The notes under the pieces: generated by a model
Databases searched by the model: none
What the model saw: only the letters and a program-made list of their open reading frames with translations
What the model was told of the DNA's origin: nothing
In this document: in pieces, positions 40,837-51,163 of the stretch
Position numbering within the stretch: position 1 is the stretch's first letter
Layout: the number at the start of each line of letters is the position of its first letter
Program-made: the position numbers and the translations under genes
From: a virus
Taxonomy: Duplodnaviria > Caudoviricetes
Length of the DNA: 64,000 nucleotides
Virus record (IMG/VR): IMGVR_UViG_3300010348_000820
Span: 4,820 to 68,819 of that record
Reading direction: 5' to 3' (one strand)

Positions 40837-42303
40837 TTGTATATGCCTAAGCAATATATTTCAGATGTTATTACTAATGAAGAAATTGTTAAATGGCAAC
40901 AAGGGAATCGAATACTAATTCATTCTCAGACAGGTAGCGGTAAATCAGAATTTATAAAAACGAAGTTATATGATTACTGCAAGGATAATAATAAAAAGAT
41001 ATTACTTTTAAGTAATAGAATTTTATTGAAGAATCAGAACATTGTGGATATTGGTGATAAAACAGATATTATCAAAGTAACTAATTATCAAGCATTGCAA
41101 TCGCAGGTGTTGAGTAAAGAATCAGATCTTTTAGAATTAATAGAGCCATATGATTATATAGTTTTTGACGAGGCTCATTTTATGTTTGCAGATAGCACAT
41201 TCAATAAAAGCACATACTTATTACTTCCTCCAATAATTAATACGCCTTCTAATAAAATACTCATTCTCGTCACTGCTACTCCTCAAGAGTTATTGGGTTA
41301 TCAGAGCAAGTATGATTTTCAATATAATATGAAGTTTGACTATTCTTATATAAGCACACTATCTTTCTATAATAAAACAAGATATTCTTATATAATTCAA
41401 TCAATTATAAAAAATATTCCAGATAATGAAAAGATATGGTATTTCGGTAAAAATGCTCAAGACTGCTTTGATTTATCAACACAATTTGAAAATGCTAAAT
41501 TCATTTGTTCTAATTCTAATAAGTTAGCAATTAAATCCAGTCAAGAGACTATGAATCAGATTGTCTACAATTCTAAATTTGATTGCAGAATCCTATTCTC
41601 TACTTGTGTACTTGATGCCGGTGTAAATATTATAGATCCAGATTTGAAGCATATATTTATAGACACGCTCAATCCAATAACTTTTATACAAGCATTAGGC
41701 AGAAAAAGAATTGTTTCTGAAAATGATAAAATAAATTTATATGTAAGAAATTACAACAACGGAAATTTATGGTATATAAATAATGATCTTGAAAATAAAT
41801 TGAATATGATAAAAGATTATAATAATAAGGAAGTAGAAAAGTTTACAGATTATTATAAAGGGAAATCGGTTGACGATGTTTTGATGAAACTGTATATTGA
41901 AAATAAAGCAAAATCCCAACATTATAAAACTCAAAAAAGTATGATCCAAGAAATGATTGATATCAACAAAAATGATAATTACAAAAGATATATTTGCAAT
42001 ATATTGAATTATGACTATAATAGTATAAGAAAGCCAGACGAAGAGATAGAATTTGAAACTTTATATAATATATTGAAAGAATATGTGGGGAAAGGACTAA
42101 TAGATGCAGATAAAGAATATTTTAAAAACAGATTCTTTAGCAACATATTTTCTCCTAAAAAAGCTAACTATAAGGCAAGGGGTATAAATGTTATTAATCA
42201 AATAATAGATGAGGACGAATTGCCTTTCTTTGTTTATACACAAAGACAAACAAAAGGCAAATATAGAAATAGAAATTTCTGGTTAGTAGGAGAAAGAGAA
42301 TAA
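40837..42303 (+). CDS. Superfamily 2 DEAD/DEAH-type helicase
   Basis: SQTGSGKS (I), DEAH (II), TAT (III), LDAGVN (V), QALGRKR (VI). Confidence 0.85.
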   Translation: MYMPKQYISDVITNEEIVKWQQGNRILIHSQTGSGKSEFIKTKLYDYCKDNNKKILLLSNRILLKNQNIVDIGDKTDIIKVTNYQALQSQVLSKESDLLELIEPYDYIVFDEAHFMFADSTFNKSTYLLLPPIINTPSNKILILVTATPQELLGYQSKYDFQYNMKFDYSYISTLSFYNKTRYSYIIQSIIKNIPDNEKIWYFGKNAQDCFDLSTQFENAKFICSNSNKLAIKSSQETMNQIVYNSKFDCRILFSTCVLDAGVNIIDPDLKHIFIDTLNPITFIQALGRKRIVSENDKINLYVRNYNNGNLWYINNDLENKLNMIKDYNNKEVEKFTDYYKGKSVDDVLMKLYIENKAKSQHYKTQKSMIQEMIDINKNDNYKRYICNILNYDYNSIRKPDEEIEFETLYNILKEYVGKGLIDADKEYFKNRFFSNIFSPKKANYKARGINVINQIIDEDELPFFVYTQRQTKGKYRNRNFWLVGERE

Positions 42304-42304
42304 T

Positions 42305-42592
42305 ATGAAAACTCCAAATGTAAATTTAACTCCTATATTAAAAAAATACTTGTATAAAAAATTATTCAAAAAAGAGCAATATGTGTTCAAAGAAGAATTC
42401 TTTAGGGAATTATTTGATCCTATGATCCCTATAGACTATAGCAGACGTACAACTTTATTTATCAATACTGTTATATGTGAAGAAGGTCTGCCCTATCTGT
42501 TTGCAGTAAGAACAGAATTAGAAGGATCGCATAAAGGGGAAAAATATTGGTATCTTTATGAAGTGCAATCTCCTACTACATACAAATCTTAA
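42305..42592 (+). CDS. Stand-alone paralogue of the helicase C-terminal domain
   Basis: 95 aa aligning by eye with the last ~80 aa of the helicase (see findings). Confidence 0.6.
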   Translation: MKTPNVNLTPILKKYLYKKLFKKEQYVFKEEFFRELFDPMIPIDYSRRTTLFINTVICEEGLPYLFAVRTELEGSHKGEKYWYLYEVQSPTTYKS

Positions 42593-44501
42593 AAAACTTA
42601 GTTTGCCATTGACTACATACACCTTTCATTAAATTCAACTTTATCTCTATAAATTTAATAGAATTTTGCGCAGAATCTGCGATATACCAATATTAATGGT
42701 TGTCTGTGGTTTTTGCGCATTTTTTGTAATTTTAAATAGCACTGCTTTTTATCGGGTGCTATTTTTATTTTTAATATTATTATTATCAGTAGCACTATCA
42801 TATCGGTAGTGCTATTTTTATTTTAATACTATTATTATCTTTATATTGCTATTTTTATTTTATTACTATTATTATTTTTATAGTGCTATTTTTTTTTTAA
42901 AATTTTTCTTTAATTAATAATGTATATAATATATTAATATTAATTGGCATTTTTCATAGATCTGTATTTATCTATTAATATCCTATTTGTATTTTATCGC
43001 ATATATTCTTTTTCTTAATTATATCATCATCTATTTGTAAGTTTTCATATTTTACAATTTTACTTCTTTCTATTTGCAACCTATCTATATTTCGCAATGT
43101 TATATCATCTTGATCATAACTTTTCCTATTTCATAATCTCACTTCTTTCTATTTATAACTTTTCCTATTTCAAATTACCTTAATCATAACCTCCCTTATT
43201 TCGCATACTATTACCTCTTACCAGCTACCTCTGCATTATCTATTTACCCTTATTTCTATCCCTATCTATCTTAATAATCACTCTATACATCATGGTGCCT
43301 ATTTTGCATTGCATCTTATTATCCACGATGCATTTTGTATATTTTGCATTATATAGTTTGGCTTGCATATAATATCTTATCTTTGGATTATATTATGTAA
43401 ATTTTGACCTTTTTTTATGATTTTTGTAAGTTTAAACTTTGTTTTTGTAAAATTTTGGATTTGTTAAGGTTTATGATTTTTTTATGAATTTTATGATTTT
43501 TTATGGATTGAGATTTAGGGTGCGTGAATGAAAGTGCTAAGAGCATGGCTTCCTTTTTTATGCTGATCGAATACGTAAAATAGGGGCTGTCTGATATCTG
43601 TAGGTTATGATTATATCAGTCATAATCGAAACCTGGATGATCACCAGATCAGGAAGATCTGATTGAAAAGCGAATCAATCGATCGTAATTAAGTTCTGAC
43701 TAGACGAATTATTTATGGATAAAAATTAAAAACGACATGGGTGTCGTTTTTTCGATATAACACGGGGGGATTGTAAGAAGTATTGTAATCCATAATCAAC
43801 TAACAATTAATCGATTAACTATTAATCAATAATACTATGTCACACATAGTAAAGTTTACTTTACAAATCGATCAATCCAAAAACGCTTCTCATTGATCAA
43901 AAAAAGTCAGGGGTTATAAATATCTACTTTTTTAGTCAACAATTTGATTACCACGAATTGGATCAAAAGTCAATAGGCAATTTTTAAAAATCAAGTGCAA
44001 AGTCTAAAATATCATATGACAATTAAAAAAAACGATACGTCACAGAAAGCGCGTAGAGGCGTTTTAAGGCGTTTTTGTGTCGTTATGGTATATTTGATCA
44101 TGTGATCAATTTTCGTTGAAAATCGTCAATTTTACGAGTAAATTTACTGTGTTTTTAATGGTTAAAAATGGGGTGATGGTTTCCCATGTGTTTAAAAAAA
44201 GGTGACATTTATCGTAATGTAATAGCCAAAAGGGTGAGTATTTTTGTTACAAATAATTGTCATATTGACAGCTGTTTACCATTTACCGCCAACGTTTACT
44301 ATGGTACAATGATATTGTATAATCTTTGTAGTTGAGAGCGAGCCAGTTGTGAGCGAGGCGAAAGCCAAACAGCCAGCGGTAAACAGCCAGCACAAAAAAC
44401 AATTTTTTTTATCGTTCGATTGCACTATGTGAATAGTGCAATCCATAGGATAAAAAATATCCAAAAAAAATATTTTAGACAAAAAAAGAAAGTAGGAAGG
44501 A
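42593..44501. other. Large non-coding region: candidate replication origin and/or genome end
   Basis: No credible ORF; sharp C-rich to G-rich switch on + strand near 43350; short direct repeats; 10 GATC sites at 43565-44107. Confidence 0.55.
44295..44323 (+). promoter_or_regulatory. First early-region promoter
   Basis: TTTACT-17 nt-TATAAT with extended TG. Confidence 0.6.
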
Positions 44502-45683
44502 ATGAATACGACAGAATACAGTATAGCTATTGACGCGATCGAAGAAGTTGAAAAGAAACTGTCCGCTTTAAAACGTAAAGCGGATAAATATAATTGTAAA
44601 CTTAATTGGTTTTTTAATGACGTCGAAAAACCACTCACGGTTACAATTCGTGATAAAGATAATAATATTATTAATAAATATACAACATTATCACGGACGT
44701 TGACGATTGAGTCAGAAATTATCACTAATGGTAATTATGAACTTTGGGCTAAACTGGATCATAGTAACAATGGTAATATTGTTACCACTTTTGATAGTCA
44801 TGAAATTGATCAAAGATGGTTTACACTTGCGCCAAATTGCGAATGCTGCAGCACTAATCATCAACGCAGCGTAACATACATCGTACGCAACATTAATAAT
44901 AATACGTTTTTGCAAGTAGGCAGTAGTTGTTTGCACGATTACACAGGTATTTATCCTGATATGGCAATTGCATTTTTATCTTTATGTACGGAATTATATG
45001 ATTATTCGGCCGGCTTTTACGAGGAAAATTTTCCTCCATCCAAATTTTTTGAAGTTAGAATTGCTATTGCGTTAGCTGTAAAAAGTATTAATACAAATGG
45101 CTATATCAAAGCCGAATATCTAAATAGCACTAAAAACGCTATTTTGGAACTTGACGCCAATGACGTCACAAATGATGATTTATTAAAATCTGATGAAATT
45201 ATTACATGGTTAAAGTTAAATAGCTTTTCTGACGATTTTTTGACTAATTGCAAAAACATCACATCCCAAAGTTTTGTTAAAAAACAGTATTTGGGGTTTT
45301 TAGCCTATTTACCGATTGCATTCCGAAAATGGAATGAAAACCAGATTGAGGAAAGCAAAAAGCAGGAAAAGCGCAAAAACAGTAATTATGTCGGGAAAAT
45401 CGGTGATAAAGTTCAGTTTGAAATTAAAAGCTGGAGTCTTGTTTCAAGTTTTGAAACTATGTACGGCACATCGTTTGTTTATCGTTTTACGGACTATCAA
45501 GATAATGTTTTTACTTGGTTTACGTCCAGCCGTCCAGAAAATGAAGAATATACAGACTATGATAAAAATCGTCAACTGTATCGTACACGTGATTTAAAAT
45601 CGATTAAAGGTACAATCAAAGATCATAATGAATATAAAGGCGAAAAACAAACAATTTTAACTAGGTGTAAATTTACAGATTGA
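44502..45683 (+). CDS. Conserved phage hypothetical protein with zinc-binding motif and OB-fold-like C-terminus
   Basis: 393 aa; CECC...QVGSSCL; C-terminal YVGKIGDK...QTILTRCK pattern. Confidence 0.65.
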   Translation: MNTTEYSIAIDAIEEVEKKLSALKRKADKYNCKLNWFFNDVEKPLTVTIRDKDNNIINKYTTLSRTLTIESEIITNGNYELWAKLDHSNNGNIVTTFDSHEIDQRWFTLAPNCECCSTNHQRSVTYIVRNINNNTFLQVGSSCLHDYTGIYPDMAIAFLSLCTELYDYSAGFYEENFPPSKFFEVRIAIALAVKSINTNGYIKAEYLNSTKNAILELDANDVTNDDLLKSDEIITWLKLNSFSDDFLTNCKNITSQSFVKKQYLGFLAYLPIAFRKWNENQIEESKKQEKRKNSNYVGKIGDKVQFEIKSWSLVSSFETMYGTSFVYRFTDYQDNVFTWFTSSRPENEEYTDYDKNRQLYRTRDLKSIKGTIKDHNEYKGEKQTILTRCKFTD

Positions 45684-45779
45684 TTTTTTATCGTTCGATT
45701 GCATTACTCCCGTAGTGCAATCTATAGGATAAAAAAAACAAAAAAAATATTTTAGAAAAAAAACAGAAAAGAGGAAAAA

Positions 45780-45980
45780 ATGGACGTAGAGAAAATCAAT
45801 ATTGACAGACTGTCTGACATAGTGGCCGCGGCCAATAATCACGGCAAGACATATCATCGGGGATCAATGATACAGTTTATCCCAAATCCAACCAATGACG
45901 ATATTGCGCGCGCGCGCGCAATATATAATGTTGCAGGTATTTCGTGGATTGAAAAAGTGAGCATAGCTAAGCAGGGATAG
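45780..45980 (+). CDS. Hypothetical early protein
   Basis: 66 aa, RBS AGAGG. Confidence 0.5.
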   Translation: MDVEKINIDRLSDIVAAANNHGKTYHRGSMIQFIPNPTNDDIARARAIYNVAGISWIEKVSIAKQG

Positions 45981-46055
45981 ATAATTTTTTGCTTGACACC
46001 CCCCGTAAAATGAGGTAAAAAATAATAACAAAAAAAAAAAAGAAAGAGGTATACT

Positions 46056-46358
46056 ATGAGTAATAAAGTTTTCGATAAGATTGGTAATAACTGCGAAAGT
46101 GTTTTTGAAGACGTAAAAAAATTTACAGATGAGGAACTGTCAGAATTTTTATTTGATATTGTATTGTTAAAGGAAAATGTGGAGAAGTTAGAAAACGCAA
46201 ATAAATTGCTAGAAGAAAAAGTAAATAGAAAAGACAGTCAAATATTTTTACTAGAGGAGGAACAAAAAGATTTTAAAAATGATATTCGCCAATTTGAGCA
46301 CGACAAGATTTTGTTGGAAAATTTGATTATCCGATCTATGGGGAGGGGTGGTTTTTAA
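46056..46358 (+). CDS. Coiled-coil hypothetical protein
   Basis: 100 aa, RBS GAGGT, upstream TTGACA promoter at 45993. Confidence 0.55.
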   Translation: MSNKVFDKIGNNCESVFEDVKKFTDEELSEFLFDIVLLKENVEKLENANKLLEEKVNRKDSQIFLLEEEQKDFKNDIRQFEHDKILLENLIIRSMGRGGF

Positions 46359-46493
46359 TTTTTTTTGATCAATAAAGAAGTGTAAGCAGTTTAAAATATA
46401 TTTTTTCCGGATACATTAACAATCATATGTTAATGTATCCTATAAAATCTATATTTTATAGATAATTTTAGAAAAAAAAGAAAGTAGGAAAAA

Positions 46494-47126
46494 ATGAAAA
46501 AGAATTATGAGTTAATAACAAAAAATAACGGTATCGATGTAATCATCAAAGAGATGGGCAATTATAATTACTGGGATCATGATTACAATTACAATTATCT
46601 GGAAATTTCATACCTGAACGATAGTTTTGATATGAAAAAAATGAGGGTAATTCCTGAACAGGACAAAAAAATTTCATACCGGCGTATGCGAAATTTAACG
46701 GATAGTTCAGCGGACTGGAGGAGTAGAGATGACGCTTTATATTTTATAAGCGAACCGGCCATTACCGCAGCGGAAAAATTGCTAAAAAAGAATTTAAATT
46801 CTTATAATAAGAAAATAAAAAATGGTTTTAATAATCCCCTATTTTTACTTTTGAAACCAATTGTAGATTCAAAAGTAAAATATTATCAATCAGATTTTTA
46901 TCGTCATGATAATTTATTACTTCAGAGTAATCCCGAAAAGTTTATCTGGATCGTACGGGAATGTGGAACGTGGTTAATTCAGGAAAAGTCTAAAATTGCT
47001 TTTGGGATTATGGATTATTGCATAAAAAATAGTGATGATGATGATTATTATTTTTATTCTAATGGTAAACTTCAAAAAGTTCATAGTAAAAATATTATGA
47101 ACTTTTATAATCAACTACCTGAATAA
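46494..47126 (+). CDS. Hypothetical early protein
   Basis: 210 aa ORF with RBS. Confidence 0.55.
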   Translation: MKKNYELITKNNGIDVIIKEMGNYNYWDHDYNYNYLEISYLNDSFDMKKMRVIPEQDKKISYRRMRNLTDSSADWRSRDDALYFISEPAITAAEKLLKKNLNSYNKKIKNGFNNPLFLLLKPIVDSKVKYYQSDFYRHDNLLLQSNPEKFIWIVRECGTWLIQEKSKIAFGIMDYCIKNSDDDDYYFYSNGKLQKVHSKNIMNFYNQLPE

Positions 47127-47217
47127 AATTTTAATCTTTTATTATCTTGCAATTTGTTATAATTGCAAGATAAAATAAAGGTAAAAATTTTTAGAAAAAA
47201 AAAGAAAGTAGGAAAAA

Positions 47218-47418
47218 ATGGAAAACAGAGAAAATTTAAAAAATAAAATATTCGATCATATGGATAAGTTGAGAATTCCTGTATTTATTCAGGACGAATT
47301 TTTAGAACAAGAAGTATTTTATTCTACTGATTATTTAAAAAAAATGTTAACGTGGACATTATACCAATTTGAAAACTGGTATGATTCGCACTCTGATTAT
47401 TGTATGAGTAATTATTAA
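47218..47418 (+). CDS. Hypothetical early protein
   Basis: 66 aa ORF with the same leader as neighbouring genes. Confidence 0.5.
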   Translation: MENRENLKNKIFDHMDKLRIPVFIQDEFLEQEVFYSTDYLKKMLTWTLYQFENWYDSHSDYCMSNY

Positions 47419-47521
47419 AATATCAATGCTCGTAAAAGACAGATATTAATCTGTCTTTTTTTTGTTGTGCTATGCTAAAATTTTTTACACCAATTGGATA
47501 TAACAGATTTAAAATTGACTA

Positions 47522-47550
47522 TTGACATTATGATTATATCGTAGTAAAAT
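47522..47550 (+). promoter_or_regulatory. SigA-type early promoter
   Basis: TTGACA-17 nt-TAAAAT; similar promoters at 48189, 49257, 50494 (16 nt), 52696 (16 nt), 53126 (16 nt), 54454. Confidence 0.7.
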
Positions 47551-47577
47551 AAATTATAACAAAAAATAAAAAAAGAA

Positions 47578-48108
47578 ATGAGGATAACAAAAATGAATAA
47601 CAGTAAATATTTTAAAAATGTCAATTGTATTGAAGATCTTAAAAGTCAATATAAGCGTTTAGCTTTTACTTTTCATCCTGACATGGTAAAAGACGAAAGC
47701 CTTAAAGATTCAGCGCTGGAAGAAATGAAAATTATTAATGCTGAGTACTCCGAATTATTCAAAGTTTACAAAAACATCTATAAAAATTCAGAGGGTGAAG
47801 TATACGAAACAAGTCACCCCACTAATGAAATACCACAGGATTTTATTAATATTATTCAGGAAGTCATCCATATGCACGGAGTTAAAATAGAATTGTGCGG
47901 CCGATGGCTTTGGTGCACGGGCAACACCAAAGAATATAAAGATAATTTTAAAAAAATGGGGTTCTTTTGGTCATCCAAGAAATTAGCGTGGTATTATCAT
48001 AATCCAATGGATAAAAGCTATTCAAAGGAACGATATTCGTTGGATGAAATACGCGCGCGCTATGGTTCACGCGTATTCGAAAATGAATTAATACCAGAAT
48101 TAAGTTAA
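47578..48108 (+). CDS. J-domain (DnaJ-like) protein
   Basis: LKSQYKRLAFTFHPD...MKIINAEY: J-domain with HPD motif, plus C-terminal IELCGRWLWCTG domain. Confidence 0.8.
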   Translation: MRITKMNNSKYFKNVNCIEDLKSQYKRLAFTFHPDMVKDESLKDSALEEMKIINAEYSELFKVYKNIYKNSEGEVYETSHPTNEIPQDFINIIQEVIHMHGVKIELCGRWLWCTGNTKEYKDNFKKMGFFWSSKKLAWYYHNPMDKSYSKERYSLDEIRARYGSRVFENELIPELS

Positions 48109-48544
48109 ATACAGATTTTTCAATAGTATAACATTTCTGTTATACTATTTATAAAATTTATATTGATTAACAAATAAAAAATTGACTATTGACATTATAA
48201 AAATAATATAGTAAAATAAATATATAAATAAAAAATAGAAAAAAAAAATAAAGAAAAAAATAAAAATAAAAAGAAAGTGAGAATAACAATGATCATTAAT
48301 TCGACAAAAATACATTCTGGTATATTTCTTGAAACAATTTACAGGAATCAATATTATCATAAACTGTATATTGGTTATTCCCTGAGAGAATCGAAAAAAT
48401 TGTTCAAGGAGTATGTATTAAAAGAAGATTCTAAAATCTTCTATAATCAATAATAATTTTTTGCTTGAAGTTGACTATAACAATTTTGTTATAGTCAATC
48501 ATGAAGTAAAAAATTATAAAAAAAAAAAAAGAAAGTGAAGAATT

Positions 48545-48853
48545 ATGAAAAATGAATATTGTTTGTACGAAAAAAGAAAAAACAAAAAATATATTATTGC
48601 AGTTTGGTATCCTGATACAAAAAATACTTGTCGTGCCAATGCTGCCGATTGCTTTGAAATGCACGGATTTAAAACATATAACAATTATGACTTAACAGAT
48701 TATATTATATGTCAAAAATCGTTTGCTGGATATGATGAAAATTTCAAAAAATTTTATGATACCGTTGAGGATATTAATAAATTTATCGATAATAAATATA
48801 GATTAGAACGTATTGAATTAGAAAAGAAATTTAAAAATTTTAATGATGATTGA
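48545..48853 (+). CDS. Hypothetical early protein
   Basis: 102 aa ORF. Confidence 0.5.
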   Translation: MKNEYCLYEKRKNKKYIIAVWYPDTKNTCRANAADCFEMHGFKTYNNYDLTDYIICQKSFAGYDENFKKFYDTVEDINKFIDNKYRLERIELEKKFKNFNDD

Positions 48854-49037
48854 GGATTATTAAAATGTATAAAAATATTCGATTATTAATCGTCCCTTGT
48901 TTTTTCTTGCCGTTGATTCTGTCAATAACAGAATTAAATATGTGGAATATCAGTTTTATTCTTATCTTTTTTATGCTATGCTTTTATAGCATAATAAAAA
49001 TTCTATTCAACTTATAACAGAAACGGAGAAAATTATC

Positions 49038-49193
49038 ATGTTAAAAATTAATAAAAAATTACGTAATTTATTGCTCAAATTGTCAAATGAAAAATCAGAG
49101 TATTCCAGCCTTGCAGAAAATATCCTAGAAAATGGTTATATAACGGTTTTTGAAATGAATATTTTATTAATGTCAGGATTAAAGATAGCATGA
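49038..49193 (+). CDS. Small hypothetical protein (paralogue A)
   Basis: Hand translation, 51 aa MLKINKKLRNLLLKL...LAENILENGYITVFEMNIL; paralogous to 52507-52677. Confidence 0.55.
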   Translation: MLKINKKLRNLLLKLSNEKSEYSSLAENILENGYITVFEMNILLMSGLKIA

Positions 49194-49330
49194 ATTTTTA
49201 TACTGTGATAATGGTTAAAAAATAGATCATTGAAGTAATGAATTTCAAATTGGTACTTGACAATATTTTAAAAATGATGTAAAATAAATTATAAATAAAA
49301 ATTAGTTATAACAGAAAGAGAAAGGTTTAT

Positions 49331-49678
49331 ATGATGAACGCATTAGAACGAGAAGTTGAAAATATTTGTGAAGAAGAAGCAGAAAATTATGATGATGGCA
49401 TTCGAGGATTTATAAAAGATTTACATCAAGGAGGATGCTCTTCCGGTTTAGTTGGTTCCCTTGTCTATTATTCAGATACTACTGAATTTTACGATAAATT
49501 TGAAAATGAAATTCAAGAGTTAATTAATAATTATACTCAAGAATTCGGTTATAAAAATCAATTAGAGTTCATCTCTTCCCTTAACGGCGCTGAAAATGTA
49601 TATGGTAATGAACAATTAAAAAACTTGCTTGCGTGGTTCGCATTTGAGGAAACAGCTTTTCAGTTGTTTGACAATTGA
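49331..49678 (+). CDS. Conserved acidic phage protein
   Basis: 115 aa; DL..GGC.SG.VG.LVYY.DT..FY motif seen in many phage early genes. Confidence 0.6.
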   Translation: MMNALEREVENICEEEAENYDDGIRGFIKDLHQGGCSSGLVGSLVYYSDTTEFYDKFENEIQELINNYTQEFGYKNQLEFISSLNGAENVYGNEQLKNLLAWFAFEETAFQLFDN

Positions 49679-49762
49679 TAACAATTTTAATATTATAGAT
49701 TGTACTATAGCAATATAGTACAATCGATTAATAGTAAAATTATATAACAGAAAGGTTAAACT

Positions 49763-50197
49763 ATGGCAGGATATTTCGAATACTCAAAAAGTAATAACGC
49801 TATTGATGCAGAAAATAACGGATGTTTTCCGGCTACGATTTTAGCCAAAAAATTAGGCGTATCAAGCAAGGCTATAAAAGAGTTAATGATTCCTTGCGCC
49901 TATCATCATACTTCTTGCTGGTATAACAAAACTGATTATTATGATATGGAATATGCTTTAGAAATTTTAGATCAATTGAAAGCATACAAGCCAAAATTAG
50001 AATCAGAAAGTTATATTGCTGATGTAAACTGGATTGAATGGAAAGGTACAAGAAAATATCCTAAGGCTGTTAAACATCATGCAGAAAATATAGAAGTCAT
50101 TGAAACAGGTTCATTCTATATTTTCAAAACGGATGAAGGAGCTATCAAGAAAAAAATTGGTTCAAACGGTACAATTGTTAACAGAAAGGTAAATTAA
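49763..50197 (+). CDS. Conserved phage hypothetical protein
   Basis: 144 aa; MAGY...SKSNNA..AE and YHHTS.WYN motifs. Confidence 0.55.
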   Translation: MAGYFEYSKSNNAIDAENNGCFPATILAKKLGVSSKAIKELMIPCAYHHTSCWYNKTDYYDMEYALEILDQLKAYKPKLESESYIADVNWIEWKGTRKYPKAVKHHAENIEVIETGSFYIFKTDEGAIKKKIGSNGTIVNRKVN

Positions 50198-50556
50198 TAT
50201 GCAAACAAAAAATTTTACAAGTGGAAAAGATAATTATGAAGTTATTTTAAATAATGAAAATAGTTTAACTTTTGGCAGTAATGGTATTTATAAAACTGTA
50301 AAGTAATTGAACTGGATGATAATCATTATGATTTTATCTATCAACTGCAAAAACAAGAATTAAAGCAGATGGCAAGACTGAAGGATTATTTGATTTTATG
50401 AAAAAACATATTGAAAAAAATTTCGCTGTATACTATTGCAGGTTTATTATAAACTATACAATTGATAACATAAAAGAGCTAAAAAATTAATAGTTGACAG
50501 ATAATAAAAATCTGGTAAAATTATATTAAATAATAACAGAAAGGTAAAATAAAATC

Positions 50557-50808
50557 ATGAAAAGATATTATGCAGGAATTAACCATTATGGTGTAAACGT
50601 ATCGTATAAGTCAATGGGCTGGAGCGTAAAAGCTTTTGACACAAAAAACCAGCGTGATAATTGGGTATCAAAAAACTGGCATAATGATCAGGGTATTTGT
50701 GTCGCTGAAGTAATTGACAGGAGAGCGGTTATAGATATTTTGGGTGCGGGTACATGGGTAGAATTTGACGGGTTTTTGATTAACGAAAAAGATGATCCGA
50801 GAAATTGA
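50557..50808 (+). CDS. Hypothetical early protein
   Basis: 83 aa with own promoter (50494). Confidence 0.5.
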   Translation: MKRYYAGINHYGVNVSYKSMGWSVKAFDTKNQRDNWVSKNWHNDQGICVAEVIDRRAVIDILGAGTWVEFDGFLINEKDDPRN

Positions 50809-50908
50809 AAGGTAAAATAAAAAGTATATTTTATTTTCAGATTGTATTAACAGAAATGTTAGTACAATCGAATAAGTAAAATAAATTTTTAGAAAAGGAA
50901 TATAAAAA

Positions 50909-51163
50909 ATGGAAAAGTTTATTGTAAATTATGGTAACGGAGTTAAGATTGTATTTGAAGCTGATTTCATCGAGGATATTTTAGATGATATTGACGAAAC
51001 AATTAGTTATACGGGACAGTCAGTGATTGTATTCGATACAAATGGTCAAGAAGTTGCAAGAAGGAATTTTTATTCTATTGCATATGATGAGAGTGAGGAT
51101 TGTTGCGAAAATTCAATTGACTTTGGATCATTTGGCTTTTATGATGATTGGAGATTCGATTAA
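50909..51163 (+). CDS. Highly acidic small protein
   Basis: 84 aa, about 20 D/E versus 5 K/R. Confidence 0.55.
   Translation: MEKFIVNYGNGVKIVFEADFIEDILDDIDETISYTGQSVIVFDTNGQEVARRNFYSIAYDESEDCCENSIDFGSFGFYDDWRFD

Noticed and set aside
42736-42890. TAGCAC...GTGCTA inverted repeats as a novel element
   Set aside because: Short stems followed by T runs just downstream of the helicase operon are adequately explained as tandem intrinsic terminators.
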